Below are positions 28,853 through 37,796 of a stretch of 48,010 nucleotides of DNA, piece by piece. The translations under genes and the position numbers were made by a program. The notes beneath the pieces were generated by a model. That model ran no database searches and was not told the origin of the DNA. It saw nothing but the letters and a program-made list of their open reading frames with translations. Source of the stretch: Planctomycetota bacterium (lineage in GTDB: Bacteria > Planctomycetota > GCA-002687715 > DRQF01); contig JAZGFI010000268.1 in NCBI GenBank assembly GCA_036479435.1, forward strand, positions 1-48,010, in the 5' to 3' direction. Position 1 is the stretch's first letter. Each line of letters begins with the position of its first letter.

Positions 28853-31060
28853 TTAGTCTTGCGTGGTCTCCCATTCGGGGAGTGTCACGCGAATTTCTCG
28901 GGTGCCAGTTCCCCGGTAGGGGCCCACCACGCCTTCTGCTTCCATGCGATCAATCGATGCCGCGGCCGTCCGGAAAGTTAGCCCGAGCTGGCGTTGAAGC
29001 AAGGAGACGCTGCAATTGTCGGCCTCCAAGCAGGTTCGAACCGCAATTTCGTAGGTGTCTTCATCCACGACCGACTCTGAAGCCAAGGCACCCGCAGGGG
29101 TCTTGAGGCCGGGGCCCGCGGCGGGCGCCGCGTCTAACCACGCTCCCCAGCCGTCCTCGGCCACCGTGCCGCTAACTGCGGCTTCGGTGGTGGATTCGCC
29201 CGCATTTTGTGCGTCTGCAGGGGCCTTATCAAGCGATTCGCGGTCAAGGCCTAAGGGATTGTCCTCAATTTGCGCTTCGGAGTGGAGAGTCTTGGTGCCT
29301 CCATCAGCCGAAACCTGATCCGGCCTGTCGCCCAAGTAGTCGCCAAAGTCGGACTGAACCCATTCCGAGTTCACGCCCTCGTCACGTTCCTCGGTTTCGG
29401 ATGCACTCTCTTCGAAATCGAAGTCCGAATTAATGGTGTCGAGTTCCTCTTCGTCGTCAAGGTCGACGGCTTCCGCTGCCGACGCCGAGATTTCGATTTC
29501 ATCGAGACCGTCGTCTTCTTCGCCTTCGTCTTCGATCTCCTCGTCTTCTTCTAAACCGAGGACTTCTTCGAACTCGTCATCCTCTTCAAACTCTTCACCA
29601 CCATCTTCGAGCTCGTCCTCCTCCTCCTCCTCCTCTTCTTCCTCGTCGTCGTCAAGCTCCTCGTCTTCGAGGGCTTCGTCTTGCTCCTCGAATTCTTCGT
29701 CGTCCTCTTCGAGGACTTTGTCTGCTTCGAGTTCTTCGAGTTCTTCGAGTTCTTCGAGTTCTTCGAGTTCTTCGAGTTCTTCGGCGTCCTCAAGGGCGTC
29801 CACCGACGGCGCCGCCTCCTGCGTGGTCTCGGCTAAAGCCGCAGACTCTGACGTGGCTTGGGCATCGGCTACGAAGCTGAAATCGACGTCGGGTGTCTCG
29901 AAGATGTCTTCCATCGAGGCCCCGAAGTCAAATCCTGAGGCTGCTCCGGTTACGACGGGTTCGGCTGCTTTTTCTTGCTCGGCGGCCCGTTCTGCGGCCT
30001 CGGAAAGGCGGCCCAACTCGACAGCATCCGCTGGAAGTTCCCCATAAAACTCGGGGATGTGGTCACGCTCGAGTTCTGCATCTGACTCCTCAAACAAAAA
30101 GTTCGAAAGACCGGAGTCTTCATTCAATGGGGTCGCATGCGGCAGTTCTTCCGCAACCCGCTGGATGGCGATTTCGGCGGTGTCGACGTCGCTGATCGCA
30201 GCTTCTGGCTCGACCTTCGGAGTGGGGGCAACGACGACCTCTTCGGATTCGGCCTTGGCTGCAGAGTCAGCAGCAGCATCAGGGGAGGAGGAGGAGACCG
30301 GGGTCACGGGGCGAATGTCGTCCGCGATATCGTCGTCCATATCCAGGTCAAGGTCGGGAAAGCTATCACGCCCCTCAATGTCTCTTTCGTCGACAACCTG
30401 CTTCAAGTCGTAACTAGTCAGTGGTGCGGTCCGATTCGACTTGGCGGGGGCTTCAGTGACCGCGCTCTGATGGAATACGGGAGTTTCGGCTTGGCTGTCG
30501 CCCGGCGAGCCCATTCCCAGTGCAAAGGCCTGTTCGGCCGATCCCGACCCGAGCCAGCTTTTCATTCGGGCAAAGAAGAACCAGTCGCGCGCCATGAAAA
30601 ACCCGAAGATCACCAGGACAATGGCGACGAGGACGGCCAAGGGGTGTGGGAGCACGGCAAAAGCCTGAGCGATGTTGGCCCCAAAGCGGCCTCCCCAAGT
30701 CTCTGCGCCACGACTCATCACGGCGAACAAAGATGAGAGGCTCAAAAGCAACAAACACAAACCGACCGCGCGGCGAGGCCCGTGGTCGAGATGTTTGCCA
30801 ATCCAGCGCAGAATGCTCAGCTGCATGAGACCCGAGAACAACAAAATGGCCGAGACCAATCCTAATGACCGCACGGGTAGCGCGGTCAGAAAGTCCAAGA
30901 ATCCGGCCGAAGGTCGAAAGAAGACCTCGCCGCCGTCTTGCACTTGCCGGAGAATTAGGGCGACCGTCCAAGCCAGCAGCAAGCCAAAAACAACAACGGG
31001 CCAGTGGGCGATCAGACCCTCTGCTTCGGGCTGCTTCTTCGATTCTGATTTTCGACTCAT
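28853..31060 (-). CDS. Motor-less FtsK-like protein: N-terminal TM domain, long acidic linker, C-terminal FtsK gamma domain
   Basis: About four hydrophobic segments in the first 165 aa; about 500 aa D/E-rich region; C-terminus SVSLLQRQLGL..AA..IDRMEAEGVVGPYRG..REI aligns with the gamma domain of the adjacent FtsK; no Walker motifs; RBS AGGAGGAG. Confidence 0.85.
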   Translation of the reverse strand: MSRKSESKKQPEAEGLIAHWPVVVFGLLLAWTVALILRQVQDGGEVFFRPSAGFLDFLTALPVRSLGLVSAILLFSGLMQLSILRWIGKHLDHGPRRAVGLCLLLLSLSSLFAVMSRGAETWGGRFGANIAQAFAVLPHPLAVLVAIVLVIFGFFMARDWFFFARMKSWLGSGSAEQAFALGMGSPGDSQAETPVFHQSAVTEAPAKSNRTAPLTSYDLKQVVDERDIEGRDSFPDLDLDMDDDIADDIRPVTPVSSSSPDAAADSAAKAESEEVVVAPTPKVEPEAAISDVDTAEIAIQRVAEELPHATPLNEDSGLSNFLFEESDAELERDHIPEFYGELPADAVELGRLSEAAERAAEQEKAAEPVVTGAASGFDFGASMEDIFETPDVDFSFVADAQATSESAALAETTQEAAPSVDALEDAEELEELEELEELEELEELEADKVLEEDDEEFEEQDEALEDEELDDDEEEEEEEEEDELEDGGEEFEEDDEFEEVLGLEEDEEIEDEGEEDDGLDEIEISASAAEAVDLDDEEELDTINSDFDFEESASETEERDEGVNSEWVQSDFGDYLGDRPDQVSADGGTKTLHSEAQIEDNPLGLDRESLDKAPADAQNAGESTTEAAVSGTVAEDGWGAWLDAAPAAGPGLKTPAGALASESVVDEDTYEIAVRTCLEADNCSVSLLQRQLGLTFRTAAASIDRMEAEGVVGPYRGTGTREIRVTLPEWETTQD
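29725..29783. repeat. 9-bp tandem repeat (CTTCGAGTT) x6.5 encoding (EEL)6
   Basis: Six perfect copies 29725-29778 plus CTTCG. Confidence 0.95.
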
Positions 31061-31131
31061 GGCGTCTCCTCCTGATTCGACGCTGACCTATTGCATTGCA
31101 CTTTCGCCGCTTGGCGGCTCTAGCGTGTCCG

Positions 31132-33843
31132 CTAAGAGGCTTCCTCTTGTTGTTCCCAATCCTCGAGAGTCATGGTGACCTCACGAGCTTTGCTCCCCTT
31201 GAAGGAGCCGACGATGCCGTCTTCCGCCATGAAATCGACGAGACGAGCGGCACGGGTGTATCCGATTTCCAGTTTTCGTTGCAGCATCGACACTGAGCCC
31301 CGCTGGCTTTGCAAGACCGCGCGAATGGCGTCTTGGTACAGCGGGTCGCGGTCTTTTCCGCTTGCTTTCGCGTTGCTCTCAGTTGAGCTTGAGACTTGCG
31401 TGAGCACAGGGCTGTAGGCCGGCTTGGCGACGTTTTTGATGTGATTGACGATGTCGCGAATTTCCTCGTCGGTAACGAGGGCGGCTTGGCAGCGCACTGG
31501 TGAACTCGACCGCGCGTCGGTCATGAGCATGTCACCCCGGCCCAACAAACGCTCCGCTCCTTTTTGATCGAGAATCGTGCGCGAGTCGATCGCACTCGAA
31601 ACTCGAAACGAAATCCGCGAAGGCATGTTGGACTTGATCAAGCCGGTGATGACGTCGACGCTCGGACGTTGGGTGGCCAAAACGACGTGGATGCCCACGG
31701 CACGCGATTTTTGCGCCAACCGGCAGATGCTGTTTTCGACTTCCTTGGCGGAAGTCATCATCAAATCGGCGAGCTCGTCAACGACTAAGACGATGTAGGG
31801 CAAAGAAAGCTCTTTGCCCACGAGTTCTTCTTCGCTGTAGTGTTCGAGCAAGCGCTCGCGCACCGTTTCTTCGCCGAGCTTGTTGTAGCCCTTGATGTTG
31901 CGCGCACTCACCGCCGCAAGCAGCTCGTATCGTTCGTCCATCGCGTTGACGGCCCACTCCAAAATCTTGGGAGCCTTCTTCATGTCGGTGACGACCGGAG
32001 TCATGAGGTGGGGCAAGTTTCGAAAGGACTGCAGCTCGACCATCTTGGGGTCGATGAGAATTAGCCGAACTTCTTCGGGATACTTCGTCAGCAGCAATGA
32101 GATAATGATGGAGTTTAAGCACACCGACTTTCCCGAGCCAGTTTGACCTGCAACGAGCAAGTGAGGCAATTCGGTAAGGTCGACGATGAGCGATTTTCCA
32201 GAGGCATCTTTGCCCAAAAGCAAGGGGATGGCGAAGTGCTTTTTTTGCAACTGGTCCGACATCGCGAGTTCGCGCAAGGACACTCGCTCTTGGACATCGT
32301 TAGGCACTTCGATCCCGACGGTTGCCTTGCCGGGAATGGGAGCGACAATGCGAATCGTCCTGGCCTTCAGTGCCATGGAGATGTCGTCGCCCAACGAGGT
32401 GATTCGGCTTACCTTCGTGCCCGCCGCCAATGACATCTCATAGACGGTAATCGTTGGGCCTCGGGTTATCTCAACGACTTTGGCTTCGATCTTAAAGGTG
32501 CGAAGGGCGTCTTCTAAAGTGCGTGCCTTGCGCGCGATTTCAGCGTCGCGCTCGTCGTCGTCAGGTGCGTCGGATTCGCCCAGCAGCGTTAGAGGCGGTA
32601 GAGGATAGGGCTCTTTGCCAATAAGGTGCTTTTCGCGCGAAAAGGAGATGATCTCGATTTGGTCATCGGACGCCGCCTTACGCCGGGCTCTGATGATCGG
32701 TGGGGCAGATGGTTCTACCTCGTCTTCGTCAACCTCTTCTTCTAGCTCTTCGTCCTCGTCGAGGTCGCCCCAATCCTCTTCCTCCTCCTCGTCCTCCTCC
32801 TCAGCTTCCTCCGACTCTTCTTCTTCTTCTTCTTCTTCGTCGGCAGCGCCGAGGATCGGGATTTCTTCTTCGTCTATTTCAAGATTGCCCAACAGACGAT
32901 CGATTTCTGCGTCTTCGTCCCATTCTTCCTCTTCTTCTTCGGTGTCTTCATCGAGCTCCGCAGTGGCTTCGCCGCTAAGGGCCTCAAGCGCCTCGGCGGC
33001 CGAAGCTCCACGTAGTCGTCGGGGTTTGATATCAACATCTGCTGGTGCCAAGCCTGCGGTACTTGCGCCCGCGAGGGCTACGCCTACTCCGTCGGCCGCG
33101 GCCGAAAGAGGGGGCCGCCGCAGCCGGGCGACCAAGGCGTTGCCGCTGTTCCAGATTTCCAGTCCGAGATCGCGAAACAGAGTATCGGTGGTGATGACCG
33201 CACTGGCGATTAACAACAAGGTGAGAATTAAGGTTGAGCCTAAACCGCCAAACCACACGAGCATGCGTGCGGCTCCCCAGTCTCCGAGGACTCCGCCCAA
33301 AGGGTAGGCGCTACGCGCATAGCCGTCGCTTGGAGCTATCGCTTGCAAGGTGACGGCTAAGGTCGCAGCGCACAACACCGAACCCAAAATTTTGATCGCA
33401 AGATTCTCAAGAGGCCGCCGCGTCAAAAACGCGTAACCGAGGTACATCAAAAAGAACGACAAGGCGAAGGCGCCTGCGCCGAAAGTCGCGAGCAACTGGT
33501 CGGCCACATAGAATCCGACCTTGCCGCCAAGATTGGCGAAGGGGCTCAGGTGTGACGCGTCGCTCAAGCCGTCATAGGAGACAAAAGACAGCGATAGATA
33601 AAGAGCTGCGCCAAAGAATGCGCAAGCCGCAAACAGACGCCGGTTGGCATCGGAGCGTTCTTTGCTCTCGTCAGGATCCAGTTGATCCACCGTCATTCCC
33701 TCCGGGCCCTCCACAAGGTGTGGTTTGGGCTTTGACCGCCTTCGAGATGGTGAATCTCGTAAGGCCAGCTCGTTCTCCAAAACCCTTCGTCCAACCGCCG
33801 AAGTTCGCAGGGTTTCGTGTTTTTTGACGACCCGTCTTTTCAT
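31132..33843 (-). CDS. ftsK: DNA translocase FtsK
   Basis: TM domain with NLGGKVG, acidic linker, IRIVAPIPGK.TVGIEVPN, PHLLVAGQTGSGKS, LIDPKMVEL, VVDELADLM, LATQRPSVDV, gamma SVSMLQRKLEIGYTRAARL. ATG 33843 with GGGGAGG RBS preferred over ORF start 34134, which lies inside dut. Confidence 0.96.
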   Translation of the reverse strand: MKRRVVKKHETLRTSAVGRRVLENELALRDSPSRRRSKPKPHLVEGPEGMTVDQLDPDESKERSDANRRLFAACAFFGAALYLSLSFVSYDGLSDASHLSPFANLGGKVGFYVADQLLATFGAGAFALSFFLMYLGYAFLTRRPLENLAIKILGSVLCAATLAVTLQAIAPSDGYARSAYPLGGVLGDWGAARMLVWFGGLGSTLILTLLLIASAVITTDTLFRDLGLEIWNSGNALVARLRRPPLSAAADGVGVALAGASTAGLAPADVDIKPRRLRGASAAEALEALSGEATAELDEDTEEEEEEWDEDAEIDRLLGNLEIDEEEIPILGAADEEEEEEEESEEAEEEDEEEEEDWGDLDEDEELEEEVDEDEVEPSAPPIIRARRKAASDDQIEIISFSREKHLIGKEPYPLPPLTLLGESDAPDDDERDAEIARKARTLEDALRTFKIEAKVVEITRGPTITVYEMSLAAGTKVSRITSLGDDISMALKARTIRIVAPIPGKATVGIEVPNDVQERVSLRELAMSDQLQKKHFAIPLLLGKDASGKSLIVDLTELPHLLVAGQTGSGKSVCLNSIIISLLLTKYPEEVRLILIDPKMVELQSFRNLPHLMTPVVTDMKKAPKILEWAVNAMDERYELLAAVSARNIKGYNKLGEETVRERLLEHYSEEELVGKELSLPYIVLVVDELADLMMTSAKEVENSICRLAQKSRAVGIHVVLATQRPSVDVITGLIKSNMPSRISFRVSSAIDSRTILDQKGAERLLGRGDMLMTDARSSSPVRCQAALVTDEEIRDIVNHIKNVAKPAYSPVLTQVSSSTESNAKASGKDRDPLYQDAIRAVLQSQRGSVSMLQRKLEIGYTRAARLVDFMAEDGIVGSFKGSKAREVTMTLEDWEQQEEAS

Positions 33844-33922
33844 CCCTCCCCAGGAACTCAAAGTCGAGCTGCTCTCAAAGTTTTCCTTCGAGGGCGTGTC
33901 TTGTTGTGTTTGCGCCTGGCTC

Positions 33923-34435
33923 TCAGCCCGGCGCTTTGTGTTGAGCCTCTGCTTCGCTTTGTTGAGCCTCTGCTTCGTTAAGGCCCGTGTGTCCAAATCC
34001 TCCGGCTCCCCGAAGGGTGTCGTCGAGGCTTTTTGTCTCGCATAACTCAACATGACTGACGGGGGCCACGACGAGTTGCGCGATGCGCATGCCGCGTTCG
34101 ACGATGAAGGGTTCTGACGACAAGATTGTCGCAATCACCCCAATCTCACCCCGGTAGTCCGAATCAATAGTACCCGGAGCGTTGACCAAAGTCAGCCCAT
34201 GTTTTAGCGCTAATCCACTCCTGGCCCGCACTTGGGCTTCGTAACCCGCCGGCAAGGCCAGGGATATTCCGGTCGGAATGAGGCTAATCTTGCCGGGCTC
34301 TAGGCGAATGGGATCTCGATTGCAGGCACAAAGGTCTAGCCCACTCGACCCCGCCGTGGCGTAGGCCGGATAGGGAAGCCCCTTGGCATCCTCGCTGCGT
34401 CGCAGCTGAATCTTCATCCTCACTGCTGAACTCAT
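33923..34435 (-). CDS. dut: dUTP diphosphatase
   Basis: SSGLDL, RSGLA, PGTIDSDYRGEI, RIAQL, RGAGGFGHTG; start 34435 overlaps the coaB stop. Confidence 0.95.
   Translation of the reverse strand: MSSAVRMKIQLRRSEDAKGLPYPAYATAGSSGLDLCACNRDPIRLEPGKISLIPTGISLALPAGYEAQVRARSGLALKHGLTLVNAPGTIDSDYRGEIGVIATILSSEPFIVERGMRIAQLVVAPVSHVELCETKSLDDTLRGAGGFGHTGLNEAEAQQSEAEAQHKAPG
33939..33977. repeat. 18-bp direct repeat (period 21) in the dut 3' tail
   Basis: TGTTGAGCCTCTGCTTCG at 33939-33956 and 33960-33977 (EAEAQ twice). Confidence 0.9.
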
Positions 34436-35058
34436 TTCGCAGCTCCCCAAAAATCCTCAGCTCGCTTGACGAGTATTTCGCCCAATTCTCGCTTATCGCA
34501 CTCCATCACCGGCTCCAGACCATCTTTGGTCAAAAAGCGAAAGCGACTTTTGCCCCTCGCGAAATTCTCCGGTTGGTTGACGACAATCAGATCCAAGTTC
34601 TTTTTCTCAAGCTTCCCCCGCGCGTATTCCACCGCGCGATCAACTTCCAAGGCAAATCCGATCAGGACGCGCCGGCCCTTTTCATTGCCCACCGTGGCGA
34701 GGATGTCCGGGTTGCGGACCAAGTCCAGCGCCCAGTTCCCCTCGGCCTTTTTGACCTTTCCCTCACGTCGCATCGCCGGGCGATAATCGCAGACCGCGGC
34801 CGTCATGATGAGAGCATCATGGGACTCGAAAAGCGCCGACACGGTTGCCAGCATATCGCGGGCGGACACGACTTGGTGCGTATTCAAGCCTATAGGAGGG
34901 GACAGTGCTACCGGACCAGAGACCAAGTTGACCTCGTGCCCCGCATCGTGAGCGGCTTCTGCGATGGCATATCCGGTCCTTCCGGAGGACATGTTGGACA
35001 AAAATCGAACCTCGTCGATCATTTCGCGCGTGGGACCGGCGGTGACGAGGATCTTCAT
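34432..35058 (-). CDS. coaB: Phosphopantothenate--cysteine ligase (stand-alone CoaB)
   Basis: ILVTAGPTRE.ID.VRFLSN.SSG, AAVCDY, NPDIL, GFALE. Confidence 0.93.
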   Translation of the reverse strand: MKILVTAGPTREMIDEVRFLSNMSSGRTGYAIAEAAHDAGHEVNLVSGPVALSPPIGLNTHQVVSARDMLATVSALFESHDALIMTAAVCDYRPAMRREGKVKKAEGNWALDLVRNPDILATVGNEKGRRVLIGFALEVDRAVEYARGKLEKKNLDLIVVNQPENFARGKSRFRFLTKDGLEPVMECDKRELGEILVKRAEDFWGAAK

Positions 35059-35060
35059 CC

Positions 35061-35618
35061 TTAGGCCTTTTTTGGGCGACTCCAGGCCGCCTCAATTCGA
35101 TCGAGGATGAAACTGACTTCAGCCAGTCGGCCCGGTCCCGTCTCGCCGCAGGCAAGATCGCCGTCGGCCGGCGAAATGAGCTCCCAGGCCCGATTCTGAA
35201 GCAATTGCGTGTTGGCTTGAACGGCCTCATTGGCCCACATTCGCCAATTCATGGCCGGGGCAAAAAGTCGCGGGCCATCGAAGGTCATCGCGGTGGTTGT
35301 GAGGATGTTGTCAGCAATTCCGTTGGCGATCTTGCCGATCGTGCCCGCCGTAGCCGGGGCCAAGACCATCAAATCGGCATCTTGAGCGAGCCGGATGTGA
35401 TCGTGGTCGAGATCGCTCACCGTCTCCCACATTTGGTGGTAGACCTTTGAGAGCGTCATGGCTTGGAAGGCGAGGGGGCTGATGAGCTGCTTGGCATTCG
35501 GAGACATCAGCACCGACACTTTGTGCCCGCCTTTGCGGAGTTCGGAGCCAATATCCAAAGCCCGGTGCAGCGCGATGGAGGCACTCACGCCGAGGATGAT
35601 GTGCTTAGAAGAGCTCAT
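35061..35618 (-). CDS. coaC: Phosphopantothenoylcysteine decarboxylase (stand-alone CoaC, HFCD flavoprotein)
   Basis: HIRLA, APATA, ANGIADN, PAMN..MW, LACGETGPGRL. Confidence 0.92.
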   Translation of the reverse strand: MSSSKHIILGVSASIALHRALDIGSELRKGGHKVSVLMSPNAKQLISPLAFQAMTLSKVYHQMWETVSDLDHDHIRLAQDADLMVLAPATAGTIGKIANGIADNILTTTAMTFDGPRLFAPAMNWRMWANEAVQANTQLLQNRAWELISPADGDLACGETGPGRLAEVSFILDRIEAAWSRPKKA

Positions 35619-35649
35619 AGGTCAGCTCGCTTGGCTGGTGTGTGGGGGT

Positions 35650-35685
35650 AAAAAAGCCCAGCCTCTCAGGTGAGAAAGGCTGGGC
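35650..35685 (-). terminator. Intrinsic terminator after rpoZ
   Basis: GCCCAGCCT / AGGCTGGGC stem with an A-run on + (U-tract on -). Confidence 0.8.
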
Positions 35686-35700
35686 CAACAATCCAAGTCT

Positions 35701-36045
35701 CTAACTGTTTCGCTCTTTGGCGAGCGCCGACATGATGCGGCGTTCGAGCTCGTCTTCGCTGGTTTCGAAGGCCGGAACTTCTGCCTGGGGACGCGTTGTT
35801 CCCGGGCTCATCTTCTCGATCTCCTTGCGGATGACCTCGCGGTTGTCGTCACTGTCTTCGATGAGTTCGATTTTGCCAGTCTCGATTTCGGTGATGGCGA
35901 TTTCGATGGGGTCTTTGAAGTCACCTTCGACGAGGCGACGCGCGCCACGGTTGAGTTCTTTAATTCGCTTTTGAATTAGCACGGTTGCGCGGAACACGCC
36001 CCCGCACTGAGCGTAGAGGCGTTCGAGTCGATCCTGGTCGATCAT
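35701..36045 (-). CDS. rpoZ: RNA polymerase omega subunit
   Basis: GGVFRATVLIQKRIKELNRG..IEIAITEIETGKI; follows gmk. Confidence 0.85.
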   Translation of the reverse strand: MIDQDRLERLYAQCGGVFRATVLIQKRIKELNRGARRLVEGDFKDPIEIAITEIETGKIELIEDSDDNREVIRKEIEKMSPGTTRPQAEVPAFETSEDELERRIMSALAKERNS

Positions 36046-36620
36046 CGCAGGTTCTCCTTGGCTTTCAGGAGGACGCTCTTTAGGGCGTCCACAGTCTTTT
36101 CGACCTCGTCGTTGACAACAACGTGGTCGTATTCGTCTTGCAAAGTCAGCTCGTGGCGCGCGGTCACCAGGCGCGTCTCGATTGACGATTCGGTTTCCGA
36201 GGCGCGGCTGCGGAGGCGGACTTCGAGATCTTCGAAGCGAGGTGGAGCGATAAACACGCGCACCAAATCTTCGCGTTCTTCGAGTTTCAACGCACCCTGC
36301 ACGTCAATGTCGAGAATCACAATCTTGCCCGCTTCAACGAGGCGATTTACCTCAGATTTCAGTGTGCCGTAGCGGTGATGGCCGTGAACAATGGCCCACT
36401 CCAAAAACTCATTCGCGTCAATGAGAGTTTGAAACTCGCACAAGGTGTGAAAGTGGTACTCGCGCCCATTGAGTTCGCCTTCGCGGGGCTCCCGCGTCGT
36501 CGCCGACGTCGAAAGGGCGAAACGATCGTCTTCCAAAAGACGCTTAATCAGCGTGCTCTTGCCGACTCCCGAAGGACCGGACAATACCGCCAATTTCCCC
36601 TTGGTCGCTTCGGCCATCAT
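36042..36620 (-). CDS. gmk: Guanylate kinase
   Basis: SGPSGVGKST, SATTREPREGE, YGT, LDIDVQG. Confidence 0.96.
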   Translation of the reverse strand: MMAEATKGKLAVLSGPSGVGKSTLIKRLLEDDRFALSTSATTREPREGELNGREYHFHTLCEFQTLIDANEFLEWAIVHGHHRYGTLKSEVNRLVEAGKIVILDIDVQGALKLEEREDLVRVFIAPPRFEDLEVRLRSRASETESSIETRLVTARHELTLQDEYDHVVVNDEVEKTVDALKSVLLKAKENLR

Positions 36621-37501
36621 TCGACGTTCTGCGCCTGTTCGCGAATCTTTTCGAGTTCACTTTTCATCGTCACCACCGAGCGCGCGATCGTCGAATCCGC
36701 AGCCTTCGATGCGATCGTATTGGCTTCGCGCAGCATCTCCTGCAACAAGAAGTCGAGCTTTCGACCGACGCGTTCTTCACCCAACAACTCGTGAAACTGC
36801 TCAAGGTGGCTGTTCAGGCGCTGTAGCTCCTCGGCGATATCCGCGCGGTCGGCGAGGATGGCGATTTCGCGGTGCAGCGTCTCTTCGGTGATTCCGTTGG
36901 CCGAGCCAAGGTCTTCGAGGATCTTGTTGACGCGCTTGCGCAATTTCTCGCGCTGTTCCTCAACGACTTCTAGAGCACGGCTCGCGATGCTTGTGACCTC
37001 AGTTTCGATGTTCTGAGCGATCTTTAGCAGTTCGGTCTTGAGTTTGCTGCCCTCGTGGCGGCGCATGTCAACGAGCTCGCTAATGGCCTCGCGAACGCCG
37101 TCCTTCAGAGCCTTCAGCGCTTCGGCACTAAACTCCTCGCTGTGCTCGTTCTGGCCGATGACGCCGGTGATACCTAAGTAGGCGTCGAGCGAAGTCGGAG
37201 CCTGTAACCCGAGCGAATTGGCGAGGGCCTGGGCTTGCGCATGCAGCCGCCTGACTTCGCCTTCGTTCAAGCTAAGGCTAGCCGGTGTCTCGACGGCGTC
37301 CATGCGTACTGACAAGTTGACCGTGCCGCGTTCGATCTGCTCTTTGACCAGAGACTCAATCTCGGCTTCGAAAGCCTGGAGAGAGCGACTCGTGCGAAGC
37401 TGCAGCTTCAAAAAGCGGTTGTTGACCGAGCGCGCTTCCACCTCAATGCGGCAACCGGCTTCCTCGCGGACGCTTTTGCCGAATCCGGTCATGCTCAGCA
37501 T
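36617..37501 (-). CDS. yicC: YicC/YloC family endoribonuclease
   Basis: MLSMTGFG, RSVNNRFL, DIAEELQRL.SH, GRKLDFLLQEM.REANT, EKIREQAQNVE. Confidence 0.95.
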   Translation of the reverse strand: MLSMTGFGKSVREEAGCRIEVEARSVNNRFLKLQLRTSRSLQAFEAEIESLVKEQIERGTVNLSVRMDAVETPASLSLNEGEVRRLHAQAQALANSLGLQAPTSLDAYLGITGVIGQNEHSEEFSAEALKALKDGVREAISELVDMRRHEGSKLKTELLKIAQNIETEVTSIASRALEVVEEQREKLRKRVNKILEDLGSANGITEETLHREIAILADRADIAEELQRLNSHLEQFHELLGEERVGRKLDFLLQEMLREANTIASKAADSTIARSVVTMKSELEKIREQAQNVE

Positions 37502-37535
37502 GCCGTGGACCTCGCACTGTCTCTTAGGCGCGGAA

Positions 37536-37763
37536 TTAGTAGGTGCCTCGACCGGCGATGGCGATCACCAAAGCAGCGACCATAAAGATACCCGCCAAGA
37601 CTCCCGTGAAGCGGTTGATGCCGCCGGCACCGTGCCCGAAGGCCTCACCGCCGACGCCGCCAAAGGCAGCACCCATGCCGCCGCCTTTGCCCTCTTGGAG
37701 CAAGATGACGGCCACCAACAAGACGGTGACGAAGGAGAATACAATGTAGAGAAACCAGAGCAT
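37536..37763 (-). CDS. secG: Preprotein translocase subunit SecG
   Basis: ILLQEGKGGGMGAAFGG, two TM helices, position after tpiA. Confidence 0.92.
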   Translation of the reverse strand: MLWFLYIVFSFVTVLLVAVILLQEGKGGGMGAAFGGVGGEAFGHGAGGINRFTGVLAGIFMVAALVIAIAGRGTY

Positions 37764-37796
37764 GCTTATTGCCTCAGATGCTGTTTTGAAACTGGT

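Noticed and set aside
29433..30047. Poly-Ser ORFs on the + strand (also 32615..33307)
   Set aside because: Antisense shadows of the Glu/Asp codon runs in the two FtsK-family genes.
34432..35618. coaBC split into two ORFs as a possible frameshift
   Set aside because: Both halves are complete with a clean stop and start 2 bp apart; separate coaC and coaB genes are known in several lineages.
37502..37535. tRNA-Leu often found after secG
   Set aside because: The gap is only 34 bp; no tRNA, rRNA or CRISPR array was recognised anywhere in the window.
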